DNA of 42,384 bases, taken from the NCBI GenBank assembly GCA_964244895.1, contig CAXTKV010000015.1, positions 1 through 42,384 on the forward strand, read 5' to 3'. Position numbers and translations under genes: made by a program. Below, in pieces: positions 8,883-18,139 of the stretch. Below the pieces are notes generated by a model. It was not told the origin of the DNA, searched no databases, and saw nothing but the letters and a program-made list of their open reading frames with translations. Within the stretch, counting starts at the first letter, position 1; every line of letters starts with the position of its first letter. This stretch comes from an uncultured Deinococcales bacterium (GTDB lineage: Bacteria > Deinococcota > Deinococci > Deinococcales > JAAFIG01).

Positions 8883-10193
8883 ATGAATGTAGCCCAACGC
8901 CGCGTCACCGACGCTTCGTCATTTCGAGAAGCCGTCGAGCAAAAAAATGGCGACATCGAGATTGTAGGGGTCATCACCGACCTCCAAAGTGTGACCTTGG
9001 CGCCCGGAACGCGGCTTCGCGGCGCAGACGCAGGTGCAGAATTACATTTCAAGGAAGCCCAGCCGGGACTGCTTCTCAGTGCCAATCACGAGATTTCTGC
9101 CCTTCGTCTCGTCACTGACGATACCCAGATCGCGCTGGGCCTTGCTGACGAAGTCGACGATCTTGGGACAATCGTCGTCAGCGACGTCACGACTGTTGGT
9201 CGAGTTCATCTGGAGGGCAGCAAGGCCAGGAGCGGGCACATCGCCTTGACCAACGTTCATGTCGAGCGAGCCGATGCGCGAATGGCGGGCAATCGGCCCG
9301 CAGGGTTCGGCGTCGAAGTTCTGTTGGGTGCAATCACGGTTTATAATGCGTCGAAAGACGAAGCGAGCCGCTGGATCCTTGAAGCCGACAATTTGTCGGG
9401 CGGCACGAACGAGCAGCCTCTGCGCGGCAGCGGCGTGTTCGTTTTCGGCGGATGGTTTATCCCGATCGATGCCGACATGACCAAGGCTCCCGCTCCGACA
9501 CAAGAGGGTGGCACCATTGAACTACGTCGATTGACGACAGGCGACCTCTACAGTGACGGCGGCATTCCCAAGGGTATGAGTACGCTAATCGCAGGAGGCG
9601 TTTTCGTTGGTTCCGGCGTCGATGCCCAAGAGGTCATTAACGAAGGCACTACGACAACGTACGGGCCGAATGACATGGTACTCGACAATTGGGGCAAGGT
9701 GGACAGCTGGGTTTCGAAGAGGCTGGTCAAGTCGTTCGGTCCCAGCGGCATCGGCTTCGTTAATTTTGGCCAGCTCAACACGCTCAAAGTTGACGCGCCA
9801 ATCGAAACGAGAGGCATCGGAGCGCGTGGCTTCAACTTGTACGACGGTTCGCTCGATCACGCCGACCTGGAAAGCATTACGACTTACGGCGACGGCGCCA
9901 TCGGCATTCAACTTTCAAAGCCTTTCGGGAGGATCAGGATAGGGCATGACGTGCGCACGAAAGGCGGTGAGGGAGACAGCCTAGTGAAAGGTAAGGTCAC
10001 CCACCTCAAGGCCCATGCCATCAGCCTGAAGCAAGGAACCCGCGGTGACGAAATCAGTGTTGGCGGCGAGGTCGTGGCTGAGAACCAATCGATTCCGAGC
10101 TGGGACTTCGATGCCCCCGCGAGCTCGGTTGATCGAATCGAGGTCGGCGGACGACCATTCGATGCGGCGACCGTCGAGGGCGGGTCGCCGTAA
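8883..10193 (+). CDS. Hypothetical protein, probable right-handed beta-helix
   Basis: GAGGAG RBS; 436 aa; repeated [T/S]xGxxxxG[I/F] units. Confidence 0.8.
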   Translation: MNVAQRRVTDASSFREAVEQKNGDIEIVGVITDLQSVTLAPGTRLRGADAGAELHFKEAQPGLLLSANHEISALRLVTDDTQIALGLADEVDDLGTIVVSDVTTVGRVHLEGSKARSGHIALTNVHVERADARMAGNRPAGFGVEVLLGAITVYNASKDEASRWILEADNLSGGTNEQPLRGSGVFVFGGWFIPIDADMTKAPAPTQEGGTIELRRLTTGDLYSDGGIPKGMSTLIAGGVFVGSGVDAQEVINEGTTTTYGPNDMVLDNWGKVDSWVSKRLVKSFGPSGIGFVNFGQLNTLKVDAPIETRGIGARGFNLYDGSLDHADLESITTYGDGAIGIQLSKPFGRIRIGHDVRTKGGEGDSLVKGKVTHLKAHAISLKQGTRGDEISVGGEVVAENQSIPSWDFDAPASSVDRIEVGGRPFDAATVEGGSP

Positions 10194-10329
10194 TAAAATG
10201 CTGACCGACCTAATTTAACCCTGACCGCCTTCAAGAAATACAAGAGCGTATCCGAGGCGGTGAAATTGAACGCAAAGGTAAAACCGTGCAGCTGAGTAAC
10301 GGTAAATTTGCAAACGAATCTGTTCCCGA

Positions 10330-10578
10330 GAGCGTGGCGCGAGGGCAAAGTTGTGCGGCAGCACCGCATTGAGGCGGAGCGGGCACGGGACGAAAGCTCG
10401 ATCCAGGCGAGGTTCCGCATCACGTCAACGGGGACAAGTCGGGCAACCGCGTCGAAAACTTTCGGGTGTTGATCTCGCAGCGCCAGGACAATCCCTCGAG
10501 CACTTCGAGCAGCGCGAGGCTCGAGGGATTGTGCATTTGTTCGATCTCGAGACATGGTTCGGGACGATCCTTTCCTGA
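10330..10578 (+). pseudogene. HNH endonuclease remnant (two frameshifts)
   Basis: GKVVRQHRIEAERA / GRKLDPGEVPHHVNGDKSGNRVENFRVL / LEHFEQREARGIVHLF in successive frames. Confidence 0.7.
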
Positions 10579-10623
10579 CGTCCAGGTCACGTATCGGGCT
10601 GCAAACGCGTCGATGCTCAGCTG

Positions 10624-10945
10624 TGATTTGATAAAGATTTTGTGGACGACCAGAACAGCCTCACAATGGAGACCGTCATGGTCAAACACAAACGCGACCC
10701 AGCCCAATACAAACTCCATGCGGTGCAACTCGCGCAAACCGATGGCATCCGGAAAACCGCGAGACACCTCGGGGTCAACGCCAACATGTTTGGATGTTGG
10801 AAGCGCGAGCATGAACGTGGCACGAACAGCCAGACCCGCCTTCACTGCTCGTGGCAAAGCCACCCTGAGTAAACCGGACAAAAAGAACCAGCGACTCAGA
10901 CGAGAACTCGAGACTGCCCGTCATAAACGGAACATCCTAAAAAGA
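10624..10945 (+). mobile_element. Degenerate second copy of the IS3 element (left end plus broken orfA)
   Basis: TGATTTGATAAAGATTTTGTGGACGACCAGAACAGCCTCACAATGGAG closely matches the 2287 end; orfA frameshifted. Confidence 0.85.
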
Positions 10946-11081
10946 GTGTTCACGGCCCCTGGGCGAAATCGAAGCTCGGGTCGCCTACCGGTGTTCGTGG
11001 CATGGTTCCGGAGCAAAGACGCGTCAGTCTGCAGCGCCCCGCATCCTCGCCGAGCGTTTTAGCGTAAATACGAACCCTGTT

Positions 11082-11305
11082 TTAACCCGCGATCTCGTAA
11101 TGCTCCACGCGCTGCGCGGCGGCGATCAATCCCGCGTCCATCACGTCCGCGTCGATCTCGCCCTTCTTCTCAAGCAGCTCCTGGCCTTCCTTGATCAGCT
11201 CCTTCATCGCCTGGCACTCGTGGCTCTCGGGTTTTGCGCCGAGTTTCTCGATGATGCCCGCCACGTCCTCGCGCTGGCGCTTGGTCTGCTCGAGGCGCGA
11301 CTGAA
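11082..11305 (-). pseudogene. Internal fragment of a second yciF/DUF892 gene
   Basis: LEQTKRQ..HECQAMKELIKEG..DAGLIAAAQRVEHYEIAG then stop. Confidence 0.8.
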
Positions 11306-11466
11306 GGCTGATTGGTCGAGGTTTGCGAGGATGCACGCCTCCCGTCCCAACGGTATCTATGACGACTCGCCCTGAATTGCGCTCAAGGGCGTTCAGAGGT
11401 AAGCAGAGGGTAAGCTGGAGATGATCGCCGGCGATGAGAGCGCCCGCGTTTTGTGCCGCGAGCGGT

Positions 11467-11916
11467 TCAGCCATCCAGTTGATCAGCGATTTCGAGCATC
11501 ATTGCGAGTTGATCCGGGCGGAGTTTCTTAAAAAAATATTCCTGAACGGCCCGAGCGTGAACCGGCTTTCCTTGCCGTGCGAGGCGGCGACCGCGTTCGG
11601 TGACGGTGACGGTCACACCTTTACTTCCTGCGGGGCGACGTTCAACCAGTCCGCCGCCTTCCATGCGCCTGAGCAGGTGCGACATTCGACTTTTGTCCCA
11701 ACCGGCGATGCTGGTCAATTCAACTTGTCGCGCTGAGCCCCCACCGACTTCCTCGAGTAGACTGAGCACGCCGTATTCGGGGGCGCTCAGACCCGTGGCT
11801 TCGGTCAATCGGCGGTTGACTGAATCGCCGAGCCGATCCCACGCTTTGCGAAAGGTTCGCCAGAGATGGGTTTGCTCTGGGGCCAGCGATTCGGGTTCGG
11901 GTGGCGATTTTGTCAC
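11467..11916 (-). CDS. MarR-family regulator
   Basis: GLSAPEYGVL..WDKSRMSHLLRRMEGGGLVERR winged HTH. Confidence 0.9.
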   Translation of the reverse strand: MTKSPPEPESLAPEQTHLWRTFRKAWDRLGDSVNRRLTEATGLSAPEYGVLSLLEEVGGGSARQVELTSIAGWDKSRMSHLLRRMEGGGLVERRPAGSKGVTVTVTERGRRLARQGKPVHARAVQEYFFKKLRPDQLAMMLEIADQLDG

Positions 11917-11936
11917 GCTTCAAGTTTACTACGGCG

Positions 11937-11987
11937 ATGGTTGACATATCAACCAAACTCGAGTAGTTTGGTTGATATGTCAACCAT
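11937..11987. promoter_or_regulatory. Divergent promoter with a double MarR-type operator (perfect 23-bp inverted repeat)
   Basis: ATGGTTGACATATCAACCAAACT-cgagt-AGTTTGGTTGATATGTCAACCAT; TTGACA-17-TAGTTT. Confidence 0.8.
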
Positions 11988-13188
11988 AGATCGCTTCGAA
12001 ACGGACAATCACCTCAACGCCAAGCAGATCGCCATCATCGGTGGCGGTCTGGGCGGACCTATCCTCGCCCGAATCCTGCAACTCCACGGCATACCAGCCA
12101 CCATCTACGAACTCGACGCCCACCCGCACGCCCGCCATCAGGGGGGGCTGCTCGACATTCACGAGGACTCCGGTCAACGCGCCCTGCGGGAGGCGGGCTT
12201 GACCAGCGAGTTTCTCCAACACGTCCTAAACGGGGGTGAGGACATGCGGATACTCGACGCGGACGGGACGATTCTGTACGACGAGATCAGCGATGGGCGC
12301 AGCCTGGATCGCCCGGAAATTGATCGCACAGCGTTGCGCGACATGCTGGTCAGTTCGCTCAAGCCCGAACGGATCGCTTGGGGGCGCAAGCTCGCCTCCG
12401 CCGAGACGGGCGCGGATGGGCGGCACACGCTGACCTTCACCGACGGCAGCACCATCACGCCCGATCTGGTGGTCGGGTCCGACGGCGCTTGGTCAAAGGT
12501 GCGCCGTCTCGTCTCGAGCGCCGCGCCCGAGTACACGGGCATCTCGTTCCTTGAGCTGAACCTCTGGGAGGTTGATCAACACCACCCGCGCGTCGCGTCG
12601 CTCGTCGGGCAGGGCATGACATTCGCGCTCGCGGAAGGTCGGGGCTTTCTGACCCACAAGGGCGGCGACGGCAGCGTTCACGTCTACGCCGCCCTCAAGG
12701 TTCCCGAGGACTGGCTGAAGACGTGCGGCGTGGACTGGACGGATGCGTCAGCCGCCCGCGCGAAGCTGCTCGAGATGTTCGCGGGCTGGGAAGACGGGTT
12801 GCTCGATCTGATCCGCCACTGCGACGACGAGATCACGCCGCGCCCGATCTACGCCCTGCCGAGCGACCACGCTTGGTCGCGCGTGCCCGGTGTGACGCTG
12901 CTGGGCGACGCCGCGCATGTGATGTCGCCGTTCGCCGGAGCGGGCGCGAACCTCGCCATGCTCGATGCGACGGAACTCGCCTTAGCGATCATCGCCCATC
13001 CCGACGATCTCGAGGCGGCGCTGACCCAGTACGAGACCGCCCTGTTCCCGCGCAGCGCAGCGGCGGCAGCTCAATCCGCCGAGAGCCTCGAGATTTGCTT
13101 CCGCGCGGATGCCCCGCAGGGACTGCTCGAGATGTTCGAGGGTTTTCACGGGCAATACACCGAAATTCTTGAGCGCCAGTTCCCTTGA
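11977..13188 (+). CDS. FAD-dependent monooxygenase, TetX-like family
   Basis: GGGLGG, GGLLDIHEDSGQRAL, RPEIDR, DG motif, LLGDAAHVMSPFAGAGAN. Confidence 0.88.
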   Translation: MSTIDRFETDNHLNAKQIAIIGGGLGGPILARILQLHGIPATIYELDAHPHARHQGGLLDIHEDSGQRALREAGLTSEFLQHVLNGGEDMRILDADGTILYDEISDGRSLDRPEIDRTALRDMLVSSLKPERIAWGRKLASAETGADGRHTLTFTDGSTITPDLVVGSDGAWSKVRRLVSSAAPEYTGISFLELNLWEVDQHHPRVASLVGQGMTFALAEGRGFLTHKGGDGSVHVYAALKVPEDWLKTCGVDWTDASAARAKLLEMFAGWEDGLLDLIRHCDDEITPRPIYALPSDHAWSRVPGVTLLGDAAHVMSPFAGAGANLAMLDATELALAIIAHPDDLEAALTQYETALFPRSAAAAAQSAESLEICFRADAPQGLLEMFEGFHGQYTEILERQFP

Positions 13189-13482
13189 TCGTTACCAATC
13201 TTGCGCCGTTTATCTCTTTAAGCTCGAGCCAAAGCTGTTCAATTCGCTTCCAACACTTGTTCGATAGCTGCGTCGGCTTGGACGCCGAGCTGATGCCGAG
13301 ACAGGATCGGCCCGAGTGGAAGTTGCGCGTGCGGGTCGCCGGAATCACCACTGTTCGTCACCCCGCAAAACCTCAAGCCAGCAAAGCTCGGGAGTCCAGA
13401 TCGAGGAGACCATCATGAAAAACGTCATCTCAAACGCCCGAATTATTAACGGAGAGCCCAGGATCGAGGCGCGCAAGACCTG

Positions 13483-13575
13483 TTGATTGCTTGCGTGGAT
13501 GGTTTGAAAGGATGCCCTGAGGCCATCGAGACGGTGTTTCCTCGCGCTCAGGTGCAGCTCTGCATCGTGCATATT
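13483..13575 (+). mobile_element. IS256-family transposase fragment
   Basis: IACVDGLKGCPEAIETVFPRAQVQLCIVH. Confidence 0.75.
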
Positions 13576-13786
13576 GCGCTCCTGCTGATGCGGCGCTTTG
13601 CTGGGCAGTCAGAGCGCACCCTCAGCATCGTCGCCAGTGTTGATGGTGGTCCTCTCGTGCTTCGCCCCGATCCAGTTGCTCATCACGCTAGCTGACCCGC
13701 TCGACGCTGATCCTGCTGTCGATGCACGTGGCCACCGCCTGGATCATCGTGGCGGGACTGACCCGCCAGTCCACCGCGAGGCAACC

Positions 13787-14605
13787 ATGAAACCTCAGCG
13801 CATCATCGTTTTCGGTTCGACTGGACGGGTCGGCGGTCACTTCCTCCAGTACGCCCTTCAAGCGGGGCGCCACGTCACCGCCTTCGCCCGCAATCCCGCC
13901 AAAATCACGAAGCGGCACGCCAACCTGATGACCGTCCAAGGCGACACCCTCGATCCCGAATCGGTTCGTCGCGCCCTCGAGCCAGGCTTCGACGCGGTGG
14001 TGATGGTCGTCGGGGTTGACCCGCTGAAGCCCTCAACGGTCGTGCAAGACAGTGTACGCACCATCTTCGAGGCGATGACGGCTGCCGGAATCAGCCGTTA
14101 CCTCGGGATCAGCGGCACGGCGCAAATGCCCGCCACGCCGTTGGGAGCGGTCACGCAATTCTTCATTCGTCGGGCCATCGCCGCCGCCAGCGACCATCAA
14201 CGCGCCTTCGAGCTCGTGGCGGGATCGAAGCTCGACCACGCGCTGGTCGCCTGCCCGTACATCAAAGACGGCACACTCACGCGCCGTTACCACCTCGAGC
14301 CTGGACGCTTTCCGGGCGGGTACAAGACGATCTCGCCCGAGGATGTCGCCAATTTTCTGGCGCGGGAGGGTGGCGAATCGCGTTATCACCGCCAGACCGT
14401 TGCAATCTGGTTTGGAAGGCGGCACGGTCGGGGTCGTCGACAACCTCGTGGTCGGGGGTTTCATCGGCGGGGTGCTCGGGCTGCTGCGCGTGCCGCTGGC
14501 CGGGCTGGCCTTTTTGGCGAGCGCCACGGCGCGTGCGCCACCAGCGGCGCGCGTGGTTCCGCTTCAGCGAACGCTTCAGCAGGGGTAGGCCATTGCTTGC
14601 CTTGA
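13787..14605 (+). CDS. NAD(P)-binding flavin-reductase-like oxidoreductase with aberrant read-through tail after ~14410
   Basis: IIVFGSTGRVG, VTAFARNPAK, ISPEDVANFL; low-complexity Arg/Gly tail. Confidence 0.75.
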   Translation: MKPQRIIVFGSTGRVGGHFLQYALQAGRHVTAFARNPAKITKRHANLMTVQGDTLDPESVRRALEPGFDAVVMVVGVDPLKPSTVVQDSVRTIFEAMTAAGISRYLGISGTAQMPATPLGAVTQFFIRRAIAAASDHQRAFELVAGSKLDHALVACPYIKDGTLTRRYHLEPGRFPGGYKTISPEDVANFLAREGGESRYHRQTVAIWFGRRHGRGRRQPRGRGFHRRGARAAARAAGRAGLFGERHGACATSGARGSASANASAGVGHCLP

Positions 14606-14758
14606 CACCAACGGTTTGTCACAGCCGTTCGCCACGCCACCTCCGACTGGTCGCAAGGAACCCTGGGCATGCGCTCGAGGGACGAGTTCTGAAAGGCAAG
14701 ATCGGTCGTGAGGCCTGAAAACGAACCGTACGTCCAAAAATTGAACCGATCCCATCGT

Positions 14759-15613
14759 TCAACTCGCCTCCGGGGAGAACGCGCGCTTGAAGTCCCGCAC
14801 GAACGCCCGCGCCGCGATCGGTTCTCGCCCGAGGATGCGCCGCACCTCCCCGGTGACTCGAGCCGCGAGGCCGAAGCGGTTCGTGTTGTAAATCAAAATC
14901 ATCACGTTCACGAACTCCGGTTTGATCCCCCGCCGTTGCATCTCGATCCCGAACGCGAGCGGCGCGGGATTCGAGTAGGTGATCTCCCGCCCGAGGACCT
15001 CGGTGAAGAGTGCGGCCACCTCACCGTAGGTCAGCGCCTCGGATCCGGTCAGGTCGATCCCGCCGTCGACGATGTGCGGCACACTCAGCGCGCGCACCGC
15101 GACGGCGGCCACATCCCTCGCGTCGATGAAACTCGTGCGGCCATTCCCGGCGGGCACGAACAGGTCGCTGCGATCGCGGATGTCCTCGAGGTGGGTGGTC
15201 GAGAGGTTCTGCAAGAAGAAACTCGGGCGCAAGAACACGTGCGGAATGCCGAGCCGCTCGATGGCGAGTTCGAGTTTGCGGTGCGGCACGACCGGGTTGC
15301 CCTGGGCGCCGAGCAACGAGAGGAACACCAGCTGCTCGAGATCGAGGCGCTCGAGCGCCTCGAGGAAGGGCTGAAAGACTTTCGGGTCGCCCATCGCGGG
15401 TGGTCGCATCAGGAACACCCTGGTGACACCCTCGAGCGCCGCAGCGAAACTGCTCGGGTCGGTGAAGTCGAACCGCACCGGGTTCGCGGCCTCGGGAAGC
15501 CTCGCGGCGCGAAGCGGGTCGGTCACGGCGGCGCGCACCGGTGCGCCGAGGTCGAGTAAACCGCGCAGCACGTCGCCGCCGACGTTTCCGGTCGCTCCGG
15601 TCACGAGGATCAC
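14759..15613 (-). CDS. NmrA-like atypical SDR
   Basis: ILVTGATGNVG, LRPSFFLQN, FIDARDVA. Confidence 0.9.
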   Translation of the reverse strand: MILVTGATGNVGGDVLRGLLDLGAPVRAAVTDPLRAARLPEAANPVRFDFTDPSSFAAALEGVTRVFLMRPPAMGDPKVFQPFLEALERLDLEQLVFLSLLGAQGNPVVPHRKLELAIERLGIPHVFLRPSFFLQNLSTTHLEDIRDRSDLFVPAGNGRTSFIDARDVAAVAVRALSVPHIVDGGIDLTGSEALTYGEVAALFTEVLGREITYSNPAPLAFGIEMQRRGIKPEFVNVMILIYNTNRFGLAARVTGEVRRILGREPIAARAFVRDFKRAFSPEAS

Positions 15614-15622
15614 GGCTCGAGC

Positions 15623-16516
15623 CTACCCGACCCGCGCGAAGGCATCGCGGTGCGAGCGCACCCAATCCTCGAGCCGGGTCAGGTTGACGGGCAATTGCTC
15701 GAGCACGCCGGTCATGTCCACGGCCATCGCATCGTCCGGTTGGGCATTCGAATGCGCGTAGGCGACGCGGATACCCTCTTCCGCCTCGGGTCCTACAATG
15801 GCCGACATCGTGTCGGCGAAGACTTGCGGGCTGATGCCCTCGTATCGAATCTCTCGCCCGAGACCCGCGCTGAAGGCCCGAGCGATGGCCGGCCCATCCA
15901 GGGCTTCCGGGCCGCCGAGCGTCAAGCGCTGCCCGGCCAGCTGCGGTCGCTCGAACGCGGCCACGGCGAGCGAACCGAGGTTCTCGCTGGCGATCCACGA
16001 GACGCGCATTTCAGCGCGGTGCGGGTAGGCGACCGCGTTCTGAGTCTTGATGCTCGGTAGACACCACGGCCCCAGAAGGTTCTCCATGTACACGCCGGGA
16101 CGCAGGATCGTATTCGGGATGCCGCTGTCCGCCACGAACTGCTCGAGCCCAATCCGGAAGTCCAGCATCGGGATGCCGGTCGGCGCGGCTGGCGGGTGGC
16201 CGCTCGCGTTGAACACGAGGTGGTTCACGCCCGCACCGCGCGCCGCTGTCAGCGCGTTCGCCAGGAGATCGAATGGGTTGCCGCGTGCGCTAAATGGAAG
16301 CATCAAGAATACGGCGTCCACGCCGGCGCTGGCGCGTTTCAAAGCCTCGAGGTCGCCCAGGTCGCCCTGCACGAGCTCCGCACCATTGGCCTTCAACGCT
16401 GCGGCGCGTTCGGGGTGGCGAACCACCACGCGAACCCGATGTCCGGCTTCGAGCAGCTTGCGGGCGACGGGTTCGCCTTGCGAGCCGGTGGAACCGTAGG
16501 TGAGGATCAATGACAT
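15623..16516 (-). CDS. NmrA-like NAD(P)-binding protein
   Basis: AGGAGG RBS; YGSTGSQG, ILRPGVYMENL. Confidence 0.9.
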   Translation of the reverse strand: MSLILTYGSTGSQGEPVARKLLEAGHRVRVVVRHPERAAALKANGAELVQGDLGDLEALKRASAGVDAVFLMLPFSARGNPFDLLANALTAARGAGVNHLVFNASGHPPAAPTGIPMLDFRIGLEQFVADSGIPNTILRPGVYMENLLGPWCLPSIKTQNAVAYPHRAEMRVSWIASENLGSLAVAAFERPQLAGQRLTLGGPEALDGPAIARAFSAGLGREIRYEGISPQVFADTMSAIVGPEAEEGIRVAYAHSNAQPDDAMAVDMTGVLEQLPVNLTRLEDWVRSHRDAFARVG

Positions 16517-16608
16517 GCGACCTCCTGAAGTCCGGTGTGGCGCCCGGATCGTGAGCAGCTTTTTGCGAAAATGGCTCGATCTCGAGTGATCTCAATCGCC
16601 ATTGAACG

Positions 16609-16674
16609 CGCTATTGTTCATTTTGTGAAGTAGTTACAAAAAAGTGTTATCGTTACGCAAAATGAACAATAGCG
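16609..16674. promoter_or_regulatory. 17-bp perfect inverted repeat bracketing the hxlR promoter and start
   Basis: CGCTATTGTTCATTTTG-N32-CAAAATGAACAATAGCG. Confidence 0.55.
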
Positions 16675-17063
16675 TCTCAGCCAAGTCCGGCAAGATCGGT
16701 GCCAAAAACTCCCAGCCAAAAGAACGAGCGCTGGCCGACCTCAAGCATCACGAGCGCATCAAGGCGCAACCCGAATGCACGGTCGAGCGCACGCTGGAGG
16801 TCATCGGTGGCAAGTGGACGACGTTGATCTTGCGAGACCTGCTGGGCGGCACCAGGCGCTTCGGCGAATTGCGTTCGAGCCTCGGGAAGATCCCACCGAA
16901 AACCCTGACCGAGCGCCTGCGCGACCTCGAGCAACGCGGCGCCCTCGAGCGCGTGCAATATCCTGAGATCCCACCCCGAGTCGAGTACACGCTGACCGAG
17001 AAGGGCCGAGCCTTGGGCGCCATCATCGATGCGATGGCGCGCTGGGGTGGGGAGTGGACTTGA
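16662..17063 (+). CDS. HxlR-family winged-HTH regulator
   Basis: CTVERTLEVIGGKWTTLIL, PPRVEYTLTEKG. Confidence 0.9.
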   Translation: MNNSVSAKSGKIGAKNSQPKERALADLKHHERIKAQPECTVERTLEVIGGKWTTLILRDLLGGTRRFGELRSSLGKIPPKTLTERLRDLEQRGALERVQYPEIPPRVEYTLTEKGRALGAIIDAMARWGGEWT

Positions 17064-17276
17064 ATCCGCCCGCACCACGTTCCGACCACGCCCACCTCGA
17101 CCTCAGCGCTCCAGACCGCGTCTGGCCTTCGAGAGCATTTTGGCTCTCATTGATCGTCTAGGGTCGAGTCGTTCTCCTCAGTCTCGAAGTGGGCGATCAA
17201 CGTCTATTTAGCTCGCCACGTGCCAATGGTCGCACGAAGTTCTTTGCTTTGCGCGCTGCGCTCGAGCGCAAAACCA

Positions 17277-17675
17277 TCACGGCAAGCGCACCAAACTCGC
17301 ACGACGACCGATCAGGGTGTACGCGATAAACGCGCAAAGGCAGCCGAGCACCAGGCTCGGAACGGCCTGAACGATCTCGCCCATCGCCAAGTGGGTCCCG
17401 AACGCGCCGAGCATGATCACGGTCAGCCCAACCGCCGCGAGCGGTGTCAACCGAGGCTGGATGTTGAGGGCCGCAGGCAGGATCAGCCCGAGCGCTCCGA
17501 GCACCTCCGCGACCCCGATGAGACCCAGGAAGCCTCTCGAGAACGGCATTTTTTCCAACACCGCCTGCACCCGTGGCAAGTGAACGGGCGCCAAGCCATA
17601 AGCGGCGAAGAGTGAGCCGTGCAGCGCAAAAACGAGCGCGAGCAACCCGAGCGCGATCCAGACCCATCTGGGCAT
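17277..17675 (-). CDS. DoxX-like membrane protein
   Basis: GGAGG RBS; IGVAEVLGALGLILP, LTPLAAVGL, GAFGTHL. Confidence 0.85.
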   Translation of the reverse strand: MPRWVWIALGLLALVFALHGSLFAAYGLAPVHLPRVQAVLEKMPFSRGFLGLIGVAEVLGALGLILPAALNIQPRLTPLAAVGLTVIMLGAFGTHLAMGEIVQAVPSLVLGCLCAFIAYTLIGRRASLVRLP

Positions 17676-17748
17676 TCCTCCACCTCCATTTCACGGCGAG
17701 AGGGGCTCAATTTCCGGTGTCCTCTTGCGGTCGTTCATCGCTCGCGTC

Positions 17749-18075
17749 TCAGCCACCGCCGGACACGGCCTGCGCGTAGCGCGCCGCGCGGCGCAGGTGC
17801 GCCACGCCGCGCCAGGTTCCCGCGCCCCAGGCCACAGTGACGATCAAACCAGCCAAGAGCGTGTAGTGGCGCAACACCGCCCCGAGGGCGGTTCCGCCCA
17901 GCACCGTGCCGAGCAAGCCCAGCGTCAGCGGCAGGTGGCACGGGCAGATCAGGAACGATCCCATGACCCACAGCAAGCCGCGTTTTTCCGTGTTCGCATC
18001 GACGGCTGGGAGGGCGCAGGCGGGCGCGATATCTGTTGTCCGACCCGAGGGTTTGTTCTTGTCGATCTTCAGCAC
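17749..18075 (-). CDS. MerE-like small membrane metal transporter
   Basis: AGGAG 7 nt before GTG18075; LLWVMGSFLICPCHLP..VLGGTALGAVL resembles MerE LTCPCHLP..LAGTTAGAFL. Confidence 0.7.
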   Translation of the reverse strand: MLKIDKNKPSGRTTDIAPACALPAVDANTEKRGLLWVMGSFLICPCHLPLTLGLLGTVLGGTALGAVLRHYTLLAGLIVTVAWGAGTWRGVAHLRRAARYAQAVSGGG

Positions 18076-18139
18076 GCTCTGGCTCCTTTTCGGGGTGTAT
18101 CGCAGTATTTCCAACGCATTGTGTAATGCTTTTAAATGG

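Noticed and set aside
13200..13270. RIEQLWLELKE, resembling an IS630 transposase C-terminal motif
   Set aside because: No other DDE motifs or termini were recognisable.
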